Assembly (NCBI GenBank): GCA_963716725.1 | Contig: CAVQUB010000006.1 | Location: forward strand, 96,001 to 160,000 | Direction of reading: 5' to 3' | Length of the DNA stretch: 64,000 nt | Origin: an uncultured delta proteobacterium | Lineage (GTDB): Bacteria > Myxococcota_A > Polyangia > Polyangiales > Polyangiaceae | Shown here: positions 63,294 through 64,000 of the stretch, piece by piece | Layout: every line of letters starts with the position of its first letter | How positions within the stretch are numbered: position 1 is the first letter of the stretch | The notes under the pieces: model-generated | What the model was told of the DNA's origin: nothing | The model's input: the letters and a program-made list of their open reading frames with translations, nothing else | The model's database searches: none | Translations under genes and position numbers: made by a program

Positions 63294-64000
63294 TCACAAG
63301 CAGCAGAAGGTGACGGGCCCGGCCGGATCCGCCGAACCGCTGACGGTCCCGCCCGTGGTCGGACAGGTCGCACCGGAGGCCGTGCCCCCCGCCAGCTTCA
63401 GCGAGCGACTGTCACCACCGAAGGTGTTGCAAGCCGGCGCCGCGATCGGCGTCGAGTCCGCCTTGAGGTTCGTGCACGATCCCAGGCCCGGGCCTGGGAT
63501 CGTGTCCTTCTCCTGCGTGCAGCTCGTGTCGGTGAAAATCTCGAGCGTCGCACCGGTGCAGGTTCCCGTGGCTGAGCCGCAGCCGCAAGCGCCACAGCTT
63601 CGGTTGTCGGTGATGCTCCCGGTGTAGAAGACCGACTTCTTTGCCCACGCGCCGCCGGGGCACGCCACGTCGCCGGTCTGATAGATGCAGATGTTGGAAG
63701 CAAACCCCGAGGGTGGTGTGGGAACGCACTTGCTGGTCGCGCCGCACCCGCTGGGATCCCCGGTCGGATCGCCGCAGGCGCGGACCGACTTGGCGTACTT
63801 GGGCGTCGGCTTGTTGATCGTGCCTTGCGACGTGGACGTGCAGGTTCCGCCCGCCAACTTGAGCTCGGTGAAGGCCGCGGCGAGTGGCTTGTTGGACGAT
63901 GCGTCCCAGCACAGATTCTGGGGCTTGCAGGTCGAGGTGACGGTGAGCGGGTTCGCACCGCCGCAGACGCCCGCCCAAGAGCCCCAACAGCCGCTTCCGG
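63294..64000 (-). CDS. Cys-rich secreted protein, C-terminal part (starts beyond the window)
   Basis: CIYQTGDVACP, DNRSCGACGC and terminal TFCC, typical of myxobacterial Cys-rich proteins. Confidence 0.7.
   Translation of the reverse strand, partial: GSGCWGSWAGVCGGANPLTVTSTCKPQNLCWDASSNKPLAAAFTELKLAGGTCTSTSQGTINKPTPKYAKSVRACGDPTGDPSGCGATSKCVPTPPSGFASNICIYQTGDVACPGGAWAKKSVFYTGSITDNRSCGACGCGSATGTCTGATLEIFTDTSCTQEKDTIPGPGLGSCTNLKADSTPIAAPACNTFGGDSRSLKLAGGTASGATCPTTGGTVSGSADPAGPVTFCCL

Overview
High-GC (~70%) chromosomal window that looks myxobacterial (Polyangiaceae-like: Gly/Cys-rich lipoproteins, Ser/Thr kinases, myxobacterial HNH family). The lineage is inferred from gene content only. In order it holds: a 2-oxoacid dehydrogenase E1-alpha/TerB/HEAT operon; a fasciclin gene and a minimal clade II (Sec-type) nitrous-oxide reductase cluster nosZ-B-D-F-L-Y, each of the first two genes preceded by a sigma54-like promoter; a 4.3-kb block flanked by a ~209-bp direct repeat of the dppC 3' end, carrying higA, a nonsense-inactivated higB and Gly/Cys-rich surface-protein genes; dppBC, yfhL, several envelope and lipoprotein genes, and tmk-panC-panB; a ~15-kb MoxR/ABC/DUF58/BatA/VWA cluster interrupted by a histone-H1-like gene; dppDF; a decaying accessory region (Uma2 pseudogene, truncated IS1182, HNH gene); plsB-mepA-orphan DNA methyltransferase; a kinase-FGE fusion; scoAB; a RelE/ParE-type TA pair; and an FAD oxidoreductase. 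The most novel-looking signal is a family of miniature hairpin elements (GTTC followed by a hairpin and TCACGAAGCGCGT), present in three copies at 48.36-49.41 kb. One copy is a clean 35-bp insertion that breaks the HNH gene and another has amplified internal 27-bp hairpin units. Many single-base frameshifts, especially in nosZ and nosD, look like uncorrected long-read errors.
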